Positions 45,377 through 59,600 of a stretch of 64,000 nucleotides of DNA are shown here, in pieces. The notes under the pieces were generated by a model. The model ran no database searches. It was not told the DNA's origin and saw only the letters and a list, made by a program, of their open reading frames with translations. Source of the stretch: Octopus vulgaris (taxonomy: Eukaryota); contig OX597833.1 of NCBI GenBank assembly GCA_951406725.2, positions 28,148,001 to 28,212,000 of the forward strand, in the 5' to 3' direction. A program made the translations under genes and the position numbers. Numbering within the stretch: position 1 is the first letter of the stretch; each line of letters opens with the position of its first letter.

Positions 45377-46458
45377 AGAGAAAGCACATAATGCAAAACA
45401 AGGTGGAAAAATAGTACTCAAATATCGAAGGTAGAGTAATCTTTATAATACTAAAAGTCTAGGGATGTTTGTGTGTACCCGAAATATCTCAGATATTGTA
45501 TATTTTATCTTAATTATTTTGCATATTTATTTTCATACTATCCTTTGGCAGTGCAGTACAAATTTTTGTGACATTTGGACCTCTATTTATTAATGAAAAC
45601 AAGTAAACACAATTTTTGTGTTTACTCGTGACGTCAACACACATATAATAAATATCATGGCAAGTCAATCAACACAAACATACGTCCGCTATCTGTGACA
45701 TACACACACAAATAGTCTTCGCACTCTCTAAGAAAAAAACGTTGATTTTTTGACATACACATTATTTTAATCATTTAGAAATACTTTTAACAGAATGTGA
45801 TTTCAGAAATGTAAGTTGTTTGTACAGTAAGTATTTATATTTTAGCTTTCTTTAAACAAACAATATTTTAATGTTTTTTAAAATCATTTTCAAGTCGTTA
45901 ATTTCCATAAAAAAAATTTAATTTATTTACTTTTGTGAAAGACAGGAGAAAGTGAAAGATGAATTTACATGTATATGAAATGGACATGTGCATGTGAAAG
46001 AGAGAGAAAGAGAGAAAGAGAGAGAGGAAGGAGAAAAAGAGTGAGAGAAAGAGAGAGAGCGAGTGAAGGAGTATGTTGTCACATATACGTACATACATCA
46101 ATACATATGCGTATATATCTTTTTTGTATGTATGTGTACATGTGTGTGTAAAAGAGAGAGAGTGGGTGTTCTCATGTATGTGTAAGTGGCTCTCTCTCCC
46201 TCTTTCTCTCTCTCTCTCACACACACACATCCACTTCATACACTCGTTCATACAACTTTCCCTTTCTCCTCTCTATCACTTTAAAACAAAAGTAAATAAA
46301 TAAAAAAAATTTTACCGGAATTAACGAACAAAATCAGCTGATCCAGATGACAGTTCTGAGAGTCAAAGTCACAGTTCTGAGAGTCAAAGCGAAAGATCAC
46401 CCAAAGGGAATACCATTACAAAAGTATTTGCAAGTGCATTCAACGTATCTCAGCCCCA

Positions 46459-46575
46459 AAGATTTGGTTACAATTTCTAGCACACCCTGCTACCACGTAA
46501 CAGCTATTTGTGGTAAAGGACCCAAAATACCTGTTACATGGTAGTAGGGCGTGCAAGAAATAGCAGCCAAATCTT
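46459..46575. repeat. ~50-bp-arm imperfect hairpin
   Basis: aagatttggttacaatttctagcacaccctgctaccacgtaacag pairs with ctgttacatggtagtagggcgtgcaagaaatagcagccaaatctt. Confidence 0.7.
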
Positions 46576-46764
46576 CCCTTTTCCGGGGAAAGGAGCCATT
46601 TACGCATGATTTCAAAGTCACATTTGTTTGCCAAATAATCTGGAAAAGAAAAAAAAACATGAAACAAAACTCCGTTGCTGGGAAACTGTAGTCTAGTACG
46701 GTAGTATGGTTTATTAATAAAGCTGCAATGAAATCACAAAAACCAAACCTGTCGACGAAGGGGA

Positions 46765-46803
<39 letters not shown>

Positions 46804-46807
<4 letters not shown>

Positions 46808-47173
46808 CAGTGCATGATATAATTTATTAAACACAGTTCAACAAATTCATTCATATTTATGTAATGGGGGAGATTAGATGTTAAAGTAGATAATAGTTTT
46901 TATCTTTAATGTTGCTATACAATTTGTTTCATACAACAAGACTCAGATATTTATAACAGAATACCGACAGGTACAAATTTGACTATTCCAATTTTCTGTT
47001 ATAAATATTATGAATATCTATTATGAATATCTGAGTCTTGTTGTATGAAACAAATTGTATAGCAACATGAATAATAAAAACTATAGTCAATTTTAACATC
47101 TAATCTCCTCCAGTACATAGATATGAATGAATTTGTTGAATTGTGTTTAATAAATTAAATCATATACTGATTA
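46804..47173. repeat. ~150-bp inverted repeat
   Basis: 46804-46956 is the reverse complement of 47020-47173, with scattered mismatches. Confidence 0.8.
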
Positions 47174-47450
47174 TTTTGTATATAAGTTTTCGTACCCATA
47201 CAAATTTACATTAGTAAATTCAAAAGTAAAGTATGAAGAAACGCAGTTAGAAATCCTTGGAAATTACTCCAATTAAAGGACGAAATCACATTCATTCAGT
47301 ATATATATATATTGGACGTGTAGTATGTGTACATCCTCAACAGAGTGTAAATACCTTAAGAGAAAAGTTGGACCTAAGAAGCATCAGATGTGGTGTGCAA
47401 AAGAGATAACTGTGCTGGTATGGTCATGTGGCAAGATTGGATGGGGATAG

Positions 47451-47537
47451 CTGATGAGTGACTATAATTATATTGAAGTGATTTCTATACTACTATAATC
47501 ATTTCTTAAATATAGCCACAAAACATGTGTCGTTATT
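47451..47537 (+). ncRNA. Degenerate hammerhead motif fused to a short RTE fragment (47330-47453)
   Basis: CTGATGA-gtgactata...tatagccac-AAAA-catgt-GTC; the conserved G12 is lost. Confidence 0.45.
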
Positions 47538-47702
47538 CTACAAATTATATACGTTTTTATTATTATTTTTTTGCAATTTATTTAACCATTGACATTTTAT
47601 TGTTATTTTAATTTTAATATTTCTATTATATGTAATTTTGTTAATGGTGTAATTTAATTTATTTAATTGTTCATTTTGAATTGATAAATGGTGGTTTTTT
47701 TC

Positions 47703-47731
<29 letters not shown>

Positions 47732-47733
<2 letters not shown>

Positions 47734-48218
47734 CATCATCATCATCGTCGTCGTTTAGCGTCCGTTTTCCATGCTAGCATGGGTTGGACGGTTCTACTGG
47801 GGTCTGTGAAGCCAGAAGGCTTCATCAGGCCCAGTCAAATCTGGCAGTGTTTCTACGGCTGGATGCCCTTCCTAACGCCAACCACTCCGTGAGTATAGTG
47901 GGTGCTTTTTACGTGCCACCCGCACAGGTGCCAGACAGAGCTGGCAAACGGCCACGAACGGATGGTGCTTTTCATGTGCCACCAGCACGAGGGCCAGGCG
48001 AGGCTGGCAACGGACACGAAACGGGGCGGTGCTGGCAACGGTCGCGAAACGGAAGGTTCTCTTACATGCCACCGGCACTGGTAACACATCTGCAATTTCC
48101 ATTGATCGATTTCCATTCTGATCCTCACTTGCCTCAACGGGTCTTCACAAGTAGAGTTTCGACATGCCACCGGCACTGGTAACACATCTGCAATTTCCAT
48201 TGATCGATTTCGATTCTG
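47732..48218 (-). mobile_element. RTE 3' UTR fragment between (TA)n tracts
   Basis: Same 3' end and (GAT)n tail as the other copies; its 5' junction segment is duplicated. Confidence 0.85.
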
Positions 48219-48349
<131 letters not shown>

Positions 48350-48354
48350 TATGT

Positions 48355-48995
48355 ATATATAATTGTCACTAAATAGGATTAGGATGTTAGAACACCCACA
48401 TTGCTAGAAATAAGAGCTAAAAAGCTCTAATGCTGTAGTTAAAACATACTTCTATACATATGTACTGAAAGAAACTGTAATCACCCAAAAGCATCAGTCG
48501 AGAATTTCCTATACTGATCTGTCTGTTTCGGCTAATTCTGTAGCCTCATCAGGTACATATGTATACAATTATGTCCTTTAACAACTAGACCGCTTTATCT
48601 CTTATTTCTAGTAATGTAGGTGTTCTAACAGCCTAGTCATATTTAGTGACAATTATAGTTTTCCTTTTTGGTGTAACAATGCACACTGCTGTCTCTATTA
48701 ATTTTCTATATACACATTAGCGATTTGCTAAATCATCCATAGATTTTTATGGTGAATACATATATACTAACAAGTCTGGAATCAGCTGAGTCAAGCATCC
48801 CTAGTGATGAGGTTATGGAATTAGCCAAAACTGACTGATCAGTATAAGGAATTCTCGACTGGTGCTTTCAGGTGATTACAGTCCCTGTCAGTACATATGT
48901 ATGCAAGTATGTGCTTTAACTACAACATTAGAGCTATTTAGCTTTTATTTCTAGCACACTAGTCATATTTAGTGACAGTTATAGTTTTCCTTTTT
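48355..48995. mobile_element. Penelope-type pseudo-LTR pieces in inverted arrangement, each with a hammerhead motif
   Basis: 48355-48555 is inverse-homologous to 48800-48980. Minus 48508-48556 reads CTGATGA-ggcta..tagcc-GAAA; a degenerate plus copy lies at 48800-48850. Confidence 0.65.
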
Positions 48996-49007
48996 GGTAA
49001 AACATTA

Positions 49008-49155
49008 CACATGGCTGTGTGGTAAGAAGCTTGCTTCCCAACCACATGGTTCTAGGTTCAGTCCCATTGCATAGCACATTGGGCAAGTGTTCACTATATC
49101 CTTGGGCCAACCAAAACCTTGTGAGTAGATTTGGTAGACAGAAACTGAAAGAAGT

Positions 49156-49194
<39 letters not shown>

Positions 49195-49395
49195 TTGCGT
49201 GTCTGTGTTTGTCCCCTCACCATCACTTGACAACCCATGTTGGTGTATTTGTGTCCCCGTAACTTAGCCGTTTGGCAAAGGAGACTGATAGAATAAGTAC
49301 TAGGCTTACAAAGAATAAGTCTTGGGGTTGATTTGTTTGACTAAAGGTGGTGCTCCAGCATGGCCACAGTCAAATGACTGAAACAAATGAAAGAA
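49008..49395 (+). mobile_element. Near-complete SINE family A copy
   Basis: tRNA-like head, internal (TA)n, and the conserved 3' part ggtgctccagcatggccacagtcaaatgactgaaac. Confidence 0.8.
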
Positions 49396-49439
49396 AGAAT
49401 ATGCATATGCAATTTTGTCACATCCTGTGATGCATCTGT

Positions 49440-50072
49440 GTGCATCTGTGATGCATCTGTGTGCGTCCATGCTGCCAACAAAGCACGCGGAATTCTGTTC
49501 TTGATTCGACGGTCATTCGGAATGCTCACAGCAGCCATATTCCTACCACTCTATGTCACGCTGGTGAGACCCATATTGGAGTACGGGATTCAAGCCTCTT
49601 CTCCTTATCTCCTCAAAGACATACAGCATCTCGAAAGAGTCCAGAAGCTGGCTACCCGCATGGTTCATGGTCTCAAAAATTTGTCCTATGAAGAAAGGCT
49701 GAGGACGCTCGACCTTTATTCTCTTGAAAACGCCGCCGCCGTGGTGATCTCATTCTCGCCCACAACATCATAAGCGGAAAGTGTAACCTCTCGAAAGAGC
49801 TGTTCTTCACTCCTGCTCCAGAGCGTCGGCTGCGGGGTCATTCCGAAAAGCTCTACCTGCGACGATTTCATCTCAATCGAAGGAGAGGAGCTTTCTCCGT
49901 CCAGGTTGCAGATCCGTGGAACAAGCTGCCAACGAGATGGTGAAGATGCTGACGACCGCTTTGTTCAAAGCTTCCCTTGACCTCAAGTGACCTGAGCTCT
50001 TTACATGAACACCACCCTGTACTTAACTCCATGTCCCCCTACATGGCCTTGCTATTTGCTTTTGAGCCAAAT

Positions 50073-50102
<30 letters not shown>
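49440..50102 (+). mobile_element. CR1-clade LINE 3' end with (TAAC)n tail
   Basis: LYVTLVRPILEYG, LERVQKLATRMV and LSYEERLRTLDLYSLE are CR1-type ORF2 C-terminal motifs. Confidence 0.88.
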
Positions 50103-50103
<1 letters not shown>

Positions 50104-50394
50104 CTGGACACGTCATCAGCAATGTTCTTGCAACTATGAGGTGTTTTGGGTCTTGCAACATTAAAAGCCTTCATCCAAGTGACCCACCTGGAGTTGGTCA
50201 GTCCTAAGCTTGCGACCAGTTAGCAGTACCTTTAATAGCACTGCCCATTCCAAATGTCGTACATCATGACCCATGGCTATCTGTAGGCAAAACACATTAC
50301 CTCCACAGCCAGCCTTATGGTCTTCTTCCACATATAGATTGATAGACAGATTGATAAATACATACATATAGACAGATTGATAAATACATACATG

Positions 50395-50862
50395 ACTTGG
50401 GATAGAGAAGAGAAACTGCACAGTTGTGGAAATTAGCAACCCAGCGGATGTTAACATAAAGCTGAAGATCAGTGAAAAAGAGAACACCTATGCAGAACTA
50501 TTGAGAAATCTGCAGTTACTCTATCCAGATAACAAGTTCAGGTTTATACCTGTAATTATCAGGGCCCTGGGATATGTAACACACTGCCTAAATATTAATC
50601 TTGAGAAATTAGGCTTCTCTAAATTAGAAGGGAGAAAGCTAATTCGAAGACTACAAGTCCAATCCATCGCTGGAACTGTAAAAATCTGTAAAACTTTCCA
50701 GAAGTTTATCATTTAAATATATATGAGCATGTCTAGATATGTAACTATATGCATGAGAATACATACAAAAACATACAAATCTGCACATACATACATGTAC
50801 ATGCATACATACATACATACATACATACATACATACATACATACATACATACATACATACAT
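50395..50862 (+). mobile_element. 3' fragment of a restriction-like-endonuclease non-LTR element (R4/Dong-like) with (TACA)n tail
   Basis: VEISNPAD..EKENTYAELLRNLQLLY..FIPVIIRALG matches the C-terminal half of the REL domain. Confidence 0.7.
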
Positions 50863-51254
50863 ACTCACCGGTAAAATTTCCACGTTTTTCTTATTTAAAA
50901 AAATTTTTTTTCAATTTTTTATTTTTATTTTTATTTTTAATCTTGCAAACCAAATCCAAAAACGAAATATATATGTAAATTAATTAATACAAACATCTAG
51001 GTGCAATATAATACAATAAAGGAAAACTTTTATCATTACCAATTGTAACTGAGAATGCTGAAGCTCCTATATTGCAAGAAATAAGAGTTAAAAACTCTCA
51101 ATATTGTAAGAAGTGTGCATTATATACACACTGACATGGGAGATAATCACCCCATGAGCGTCTCTAGGACCAATAGACTAAACTAGTTTTGCCTATCAGC
51201 CATAGGCTCTGTTTTGCAATATAGTGCTTTGGCATCATCAGTCCCAATTAGTGA

Positions 51255-51734
51255 CAATGAAATTTTTCCTTTATGGTATTTTTTACGTGCCACCTGCACA
51301 GGATCCACCAGCAGATGTGCCAGTAAGGGGACGCTGGTAACAGGCATGCTCAAATAGTGCTTTTTACATGCCACCGGCACGGGAGCCAGTCGGCTGCTCG
51401 GGCAACAATCACGCTCAGATGGTACTCCAGTAACATGAATGCCAGTCATCGAATTTGATTTTGATTTCGATTTCACTTGCCTCAACAGGTCTTTGCAAGC
51501 AGAGTTTAGTGTCCAATGAAGGAAAGGTATGCATAAGTGGGCTGGTTACATCACTGGCATAGGCCACCAGTTATGGTCTCATTTGGCTTGCTGGGTCTTC
51601 TCAAGCACAGCATATTTCTAAAAGTCTCGATCACTAGTCATTGCCTCGGTGAGGCCTAATGTTCGAAGGTCGTACTTCACCACCTCATCCCAGGTCTTCC
51701 TGGGTCTACCTCTTTCACAGTTTCCCTCAACTGC
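51255..51734 (-). mobile_element. RTE LINE 3' fragment
   Basis: [17 protein letters not shown] and 3' UTR homologous to 32400-32930. Confidence 0.8.
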
Positions 51735-51823
51735 TATATTGTGTGAAATTTGCTTTAGTATTTCTAAATTGAATTTTTTTCCTTGTAGGTTGGATTTTAT
51801 TCCCTCAAAAAATAATTATTATA

Positions 51824-51870
<47 letters not shown>

Positions 51871-51952
51871 ATTATTATTTGAGGGAATAAAATCCAACCT
51901 ACAAGGAAAAAAATTCAATTTAGAAATGCTAAAGCAAATTTCACACAATATA
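51735..51952. repeat. Near-perfect palindrome with ~85-bp arms around a (TA)n centre
   Basis: tatattgtgtgaaatttgctttag...ttccctcaaa pairs with tttgagggaa...ctaaagcaaatttcacacaatata. Confidence 0.9.
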
Positions 51953-51959
51953 TATAATT

Positions 51960-52550
51960 ATCATCATATATATAATTATCATCATCATCATCATTTAACA
52001 CCCGGCGTCCATGCTGGCATGGGTCGGACAGTTTAACCAGGGCTGGTAAGCCGAGGGGCTGCACCAGATTCTAGTCTGATTTGGCATGGTTTCTACAGCT
52101 GGATGCCCTTCCTAATGCCAATCACTCTGATAGAGTAATGGATGCTTCTATATGTCACATGCATGATTGCCAGTTGCATGACACCAGTATCTGCGGTGAC
52201 TATGATTTCCTTCAGTTTGATGGATCTTCCTACTCAAGCACTGCATATTGCCGATGGTCCCAGTCATTTGTCATGGCCTCCGTGAGGCCCAATCACTCGA
52301 AGGGTACTTTTTACGTACCACCAGCACAGTTGCTAGTTCTGCAACACTTACAGCTGTCACATTGCCTCTGTGAGGCCCAACACTCAAAAGGTGCTTTTTA
52401 CATGCCACCAGCATGGGTGCCTGCTAAGTGACACCAACAATGGCCACAACTACGATTTCACTTGGCTTGATAGGTCTTCGCAAGCACAGCATATCGCCAA
52501 ATGACTTGGTCGCTAGTCATTGCTTCCATGAGGCAGTCATTGCTTCCATG
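51960..52550 (-). mobile_element. Older RTE 3' end
   Basis: (CAT)n then the ctggatgcccttcctaatgccaa core. Similar pieces at 6898-7120, 19050-19280, 26358-26445 and 55495-55910. Confidence 0.75.
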
Positions 52551-53041
52551 TGTGTGTGTGTGTGCGTGTGTTGAAATATGTACAACTATCAACTGAGAAA
52601 AACATATACATAAATATATGCCCATATATATAAACACACATATATATATTCATAGATATGCTCATGAACATATGTATATATGTATCAAGGTAGATAGGTA
52701 GGTAGGTAGGTAGGGAGGTAGGTAGGTAGGTAGGTAGGTAGGTAGGTAGACAGGCAGGTACACCATAAAAACGAACACTTAACCAATATACCTGGATGAA
52801 TTTATATGAAGTCAATTACACAAAAATGATGTTTGTTTAAATTTCTATAACTGTATATCTAATTGATACCTTCTGAACTAAACATTTATTAATGTACACT
52901 TTCACTTCCACAAATAAACAACATTCGCATTGGTAAACAATTTTGTCTTTTATCTTCACCAGCTTACAATTAACTATATTATTTTTATACAGATTGATTC
53001 TCAGATTTTAGCACATTTGTTTTCTCCATACACGTGTGTGC

Positions 53042-53125
<84 letters not shown>

Positions 53126-53502
53126 TTATCTTATCTCTGATTTTGATGCCTATCTGATGCCAGTCTGTCTGGTTATCACAAACTGCTAGCGTTCTTTTTA
53201 TGAGGTATTTATTTATGTAAGTCTGCCTAACTTTATCTCTCTATTTAATGCACATGATGACAATTTGTATGTATGTGTGCATGTGTGTACACACACACAT
53301 ATATATATACACATATATATCATACATATACATATATATATATATGTGTTTACATATATATATACATATATATATATGTATATATATATATACATATATA
53401 TGTATATATATGTGTATGTGTGTGTGTGTGTGTGTGTGTGTATGAGTCCGCTGCCCTAACCACTAGGCCACTGCACCTCCACATATATATATCTATAAAT
53501 AA

Positions 53503-53537
<35 letters not shown>

Positions 53538-53547
53538 AACAAATATA

Positions 53548-53581
<34 letters not shown>

Positions 53582-53595
53582 CATACATACATACA

Positions 53596-53626
<31 letters not shown>

Positions 53627-53944
53627 GGAGGCACAATGCCCCAGACCGAGTGTTGTGAGTGCTTATTGAGCAAAAACACCTAAAGCTCCTGAAGGCTCCT
53701 GCAGGGGAGGGGCGAACCCTGCTGTACTCTTTCACCACAACTTTCTGACACTCTTTCTTCCTGTTTCTGTTGTACCTGTATTTTGAAGGGCCAGCCTTGT
53801 CACACTTTGTGTCATGCTGAATCTCCCCGAGAACTACATGAAGAGTACACATGTCTATGGAATGCGCAGCCACTTGCACATTAATACATTAATTTCCCGA
53901 GCTGGCTGGAACCCTCATTGTCATAGCCAACAGAGTGCCATGAA

Positions 53945-53979
<35 letters not shown>

Positions 53980-54004
53980 CATATATATATATATATATAT
54001 AAGA

Positions 54005-55172
54005 TATACCTAGTGTAAGCTATGGACACATAAGAGGTGCAGCAGCATCAAAGGAAGATTAACAGGGAAGATAGCTTTCATGTGCAGCAGATGCACAGGG
54101 GCAATAAACACCACAGATGCTCATAAAACTGATTCCATCACATGCCAGGGGGAGAAACTAGAAGTAGTTGATAGCTTCCACTACTTAGGTGACCAAGTCT
54201 GTAGTGGGGGTGGATCCTCAGAGAGTGTTACCACTAGAATAAGAATAGCCTGAGCAAAGTTCAGAAAGCTCCTACCCCTACTGGTGACAAAGGGCCTCTC
54301 ATTCAGAGTGAAAGGTAGATTGTATGATGCATGTGTGTGAACTGCTATGCAACATGGCAGTGAAACATGGGCTGTGACTGTTGAAGACATGCGTAGGCTC
54401 GAAAGAAATGAAGCTAACATGATCCGCTGGATGTGTAATGTCAGTGTGTCCACATGACAGAGTGTAAGTGCCCTGAGAGAAATGTTGGACATAAGAAGCA
54501 TCAGATGTGGCATGCAAGAGAGATGTTTGCGTTGGTATGGTCATGTACTACGGTTGGAAGAGGAGATCTGTGTGAAGAAGCGTCACTCCCAAATAGTGGA
54601 AGGAATCCTGGGTAGAGGGAGACCCAGGAAGACATGGGATGAGGTAGTGAAGCATGACCTTCAAACATTAGGCCTCACAGAGGCAATGACAAAAGACCAA
54701 GACCTCTAGAGATATGCTGTGACTGCAAATAAAGTGTGCTGTAACCTATACCAGTGCAACCTACACCACAGCAGTAACTTACATCAGGGTCGCATAACCA
54801 GCCAACTCAAAAGTACCTTGGATTGTAGGGTGACATTCTGTGCTTGAGGAGACTTATTGAGTCATGTACATCAAAACCAAAATCAAATGGAAATTGTAGT
54901 TGTGATACCTGTGCCAGTGGCACATAATAAGCACCATCTGAACATGGCTGATGCCAGTGCTGCCTTGACTGGCTTCCATGCTGGTGGCACATAAAAAGCA
55001 CCCACTACACTCTTGGAGTGGTTGGCATTAGGAAGGGCATCCAGCTGTAGAAACAATGCCATATCAGACTGAAGCTTGGTGCAGCCTCTTGGCTTCCCAG
55101 ACTCCAGTCGAACCACCCAACCCATGCCACAATGGAAAATGAGTGTTAAACGATGATGATGATGATGATGAT
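54005..55172 (+). mobile_element. 5'-truncated RTE LINE, decayed
   Basis: Begins within the PHD-like insert ([15 protein letters not shown]), then FHYLG, RPRKTW, 3' UTR and (GAT)n. (TA)n on both sides. Confidence 0.9.
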
Positions 55173-56039
55173 ATATATATATATATCGTGAAGTATATTT
55201 GCCACCTAGATGTGGCTAACCCTTAAAGGTTGATGCTGCTGTACCTTGTAGCCCCAGGAAGACATCTCCTCCAGCTGGCTATTGACACATTATCTGTGCC
55301 CTATCAGTATTTGAAAAAGGAAGTCATCTTTCCCATCTCCAGCCTGACGTTTCTGGGTATTGACCCATCTTAAGCTTCTGACAACCACCAAATGGTGTTG
55401 GGAAGTGGTTCTCAATGCAAATATATATGGTTTTTCCAGTGACGAAAAGTCACTGATCTCGAAAAAGTGAAAACAAGCAATAATAAATCTCTATCATCAT
55501 TTTACATTCGTTATGCACGTTGGCATGAGTTAAATGGTTTGACTGAGCTCGCACACTGGAAAGCTGCACCAGACTACAGTCTGATTTGGCATTTGGATGC
55601 CTACAGTTGGATGCCCTTCCTAATGCCAACCTGTCTGAGAGTGTAATGAGTGCTTTTATGTGCCACTGGCATGAGTGCCATTTGCATGACACTGGGGTGC
55701 GTTTACATGCTACCAGTATGGGTGCCAATTTATGTGACACTGGTATCTGCCATGACTGCGAATTTGCTCGACTTGATGGGTCTTCTTCCCAAACACGACA
55801 TAATGCCAAAGGTCTTGGTCATTGCCTCCGTGAGGCCCAACACTTGAAAGGAACTCAGCCACCTTGCTTCTGTGAGGTCTAACACTCAAAAGGAACTCAG
55901 TCACTTTGCCCCTGTGTGTGAGAAAAATGTTGTTGAAATGTCAGAGGTAATTTGCAATTCAGGTTCGAATCTACTCCATGCCCAAATGAAGTCACTACAT
56001 ATATATATCACGCCGTTTGCTTCACTATTGTTGATTGAC

Positions 56040-56600
56040 AATTGCGATACACAGCTAAGCTAAGAATTTCTCTCATTTTTAATCACTTCATTCATTCAGT
56101 CATTCATCTAACCCGTATTACTAACGTACATTTATAACCTGTAGTTATTTAAGTTAATTCTTCAAGTGACTTTCAAATTGTAATTCCCTAAAACCGTAGT
56201 TTTCTCTCCCCGTTTCATGTTTTCATCGCTGTTCCCTAAAATTCATAAGCAGTCTTGTTTTACTTATGTCTCTCCCATTCGTAGGCACTTGTTTTAAACT
56301 GACCATTGCTTGTCTGCGATGCTTCCACCTATCCCCACACCTATACCGGAAATCTATTCTCAATACTGGAAACCCCTAGAGGGCTCTGCCTCACTTCTCT
56401 CCCAGAAGACTTGTATACCTCCATCCCCCTCCCTCTTCCCACCATCAACAATCGCTCTATGATATGTTACTTAGTAAATTATTAACAATTTAATAAACCA
56501 CCTACCTCTTTATATATATGATAGATTAACCAATAGTAGATCATTTATATAATTAATTTATACATTGACCTATTTATATTTGCAGCAGTAACACTTATAT
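56040..56600 (+). mobile_element. Highly decayed Penelope-like RT remnant
   Basis: FPKIHK and DLYTSIP motifs; boundaries approximate. Confidence 0.45.
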
Positions 56601-56639
56601 TTACAACACTACTCACCAATAATAGGGACAACAATTTTA

Positions 56640-59600
56640 ACATGTTTGAATGATGGTGGATTAAAGCGAGACCAACTGATGTGACATGTCTGTTACCAAA
56701 CGATCACTGAACCCTTCTTTTCAGGTGCCCAATACCATCCCTCCTGCTCATGTTCCATCCCATGCTCCTTTCCCAATCCTCAGGGTTGGCACTGTCAATG
56801 TAGTCACATTGAAAGGTAGGTCTAGTGAGATTGTTGAGATGCTTGAACAGAGGCATGTTGATGTATGTTGTATCCAAGAGGTAAGGTGGAGAGGAACTTC
56901 AGCTAGGTTCCTCACAGGCAAGACATGTATGTATAAAATCTTCTGGGAAGGTAACAGTGACAGGGTAGGTGGTGTGGGCGTACGTCTTGCAGAGAAATGG
57001 GTGGATAAGGTCATAGAGGTAGTCAGAGTGAGCAAGAGAGTGTCTAAGCTCAGGCTAGTCTTGCATAATAGCATAGCATCGATTATCTCTGCCTATGCCC
57101 CACAGGTGGGCCTACCAAATGAACAGAAGGGCCATTTTTATGGTATTCTTCTGTAGGCTACTTCTAAGGCTGGAGATTTCAATGGGCATGTTGGACAGCA
57201 GCCCGGTATTTTCCATAGTGTACATGGGGGCCATTGAATTGGTTCCCAAAACAAAGAGGGAACAAGGCTACAGGAGTTCTGTGATGCTAATAACCTATTG
57301 ATTTGCAACACCAACTTCAGGAAGCCAACCAGTCACCTGATAACCTACCAATCAGCTGGGTATGCTAGCCAGATCAATTACATTGCACCAAGCAATAGTA
57401 TGCATGGCTGCTCTTAAATACAAAGACCCTCCCTGTTGAATGTATCCCCCAGCATAGACTAGTCATCAGTGACTCCAGGTCAGAAGGATGCCAAGAAAAA
57501 GACCAGTCTGGAAAAGAAGGATTTGGAAGCTTAAAGACCCTTCATATGGTCAGAGATTTAGGGACACCCTAATTGAGAAATTTGGTGAGAGGGAGGAAGA
57601 GTTACAGACTTGTGACATAGAGGGCAACTGGGAATTCCTGCGAGATAGCTTGCTGAGTGCCATAGACCAAATCTGTGGGTGGTGCAAAGTCCCAAACAGA
57701 CCTAGGGTAACGTGGTGGTGAAACGTTGCTGTAGACAAGGCCATAAGAGTAAAGAAACAGGCCTGGGAGACATGGAAGAGTGGTGATAGCAGGGAGTTGT
57801 ATCAGATAGTCAGAAAGGAAGCTAGAAGACAGGCATATCTAACCAAGGGAGAAGCAGAAAAAAGGAAGTTTGCCTATGTTCAGCGATGTGAGGACCAAAG
57901 AATTGAAGTTTTCCAGATTGCAAGACAGTGAGTGAGACAAAATTGTAATGTCAAAGGAAGGGAAATGTGTCTGCATGGATTAAGGTGTCCTTGCATTTAG
58001 TGATTCTACAAAAAAAGAGGCTTGGAAATGTCATTATGAAAGACTCTGAATGTAGAGAACGAATGGGATGAGGAGAGTCTGCCAAAGGTTGACCCAATTG
58101 AGGGATCAGCTACCCGAATTGACAGTACTTTGATAGATAAAGCAATTAAGGATATGTAAACAAAGAAAGCCTCTGGCCCTTCAGGAATCACCGCTGAGAT
58201 ATTTAAAATATTTGGTGGTGTAGGCTATGGTCTGGTCACTCATATTGTAAATCAGGAGATTCACGAAGGAGTCATACCTAATGACTGGTATAGCAGCATC
58301 ATAGTCACCTGCTACAAAAGTAAAGGTGTTGCCTTAGATAGAAATAATTACAGAGGTATCAAATAGCTGGAACAGATGATGACAGTTACAGAGAGAGTCA
58401 TAGCTCAACTAATTAGGGAGAGAATTAGTCTAGATGAGATGCAGTTTGGTTTTGTGCTAGGGAGAAGCACCACTTATACTATATTTCTGGTAAGGAAGCT
58501 GTAGGAGAAATACATAGCCAAAGATAAACCCCTATACTTAGCTTGTGTTGACTTGGAGAAAGCTTTTGACAAGGTCCTCTGCTTCCTTATTTGGTGGTCA
58601 ATGTGGAAACTAGAAATATACAAGTGGCTGGTGAGAGCCATGTACAAGCCATGTACAGAGATGCCACCAGTAAGGTGAGGATTACCAACGAGTACAGTGA
58701 AGAATTCAGAGTACAAGTAGGGAGTTCACCAAGGATCGATCTTAAGCCCCTCTTATTCATCATAGTCCTCCAGGCAATAACAGAAGAATTTAAGACAGGC
58801 TGCCTCTGGAAACTCTTCAATGCTGATGACCTTGTTCTTATAGCTGAATTACTACCAGAACTAGAAAAGGCGTATGGAAGCAAGGTCTAGAATCGAAATG
58901 TCTCAGAGTTAACCTAGCAAAAACCAAAGTAAGTAAGAAAGCAGACAAATCACAAGTCCCTTCCAGTTGATGGCCCTTCTCAATCTTTAGAAAAAGTATA
59001 GGTAGTAACTCTGTAAGATGCATCCAGTGTAAGCTTTGGACATATAAAGGTACAGCAATATCAGAACAAGGTTAACAGAGAAAATAGCTTTTGTGTGCAC
59101 AGGTACAATAAACACCGAAAATGTACAGAAGATAGACTCCATCAACTGCCAAGGGGGTAAGCTAGAGGTTGTTGATGGCTTCCGTTACTAGTAGCAGAGG
59201 TGGTTGCTCTGAGAGCATAGCTGTCGGGATAAGATTAAGCTGGGCAAAGTTCAGAGGGCTCCTACCCCTGTTGGCAACAAAGTGCTTCTTGCTCAAAGTG
59301 AAAAGCAGATTGTATGATGCTTGTGTGTGAACAGCTATGCTACATGGCAGTGAAACAGGCTGTAACAGCCGAGGACATGCATAGGCTTCAAAATAATGAA
59401 GCCAGTGTGCTTTGCTGGATGTGCAATGTCAATATGCATGTTCAACAGAGTGTAAGCATCTTGAGAGAAAATCTAGGCATAAGAGGTATCAGATGTGCTG
59501 TGCAAGAGAGATGAACGCACTGGTATGGGTATATGATGCGTATGGACAAGGACATCTGTGTAAAGAAGTTCTGATCTCTAAGTGTGGAGGGAAGCTGTGG

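Noticed and set aside
45794-45810. 17-nt microexon candidate (cag|...|gtaagt)
   Set aside because: Frame-shifting length, and the peptide does not continue the LRR pattern.
46315-46639. Antisense exon candidate with a strong polypyrimidine acceptor
   Set aside because: No recognisable protein; it overlaps a repeat-derived hairpin and has no partner exons.
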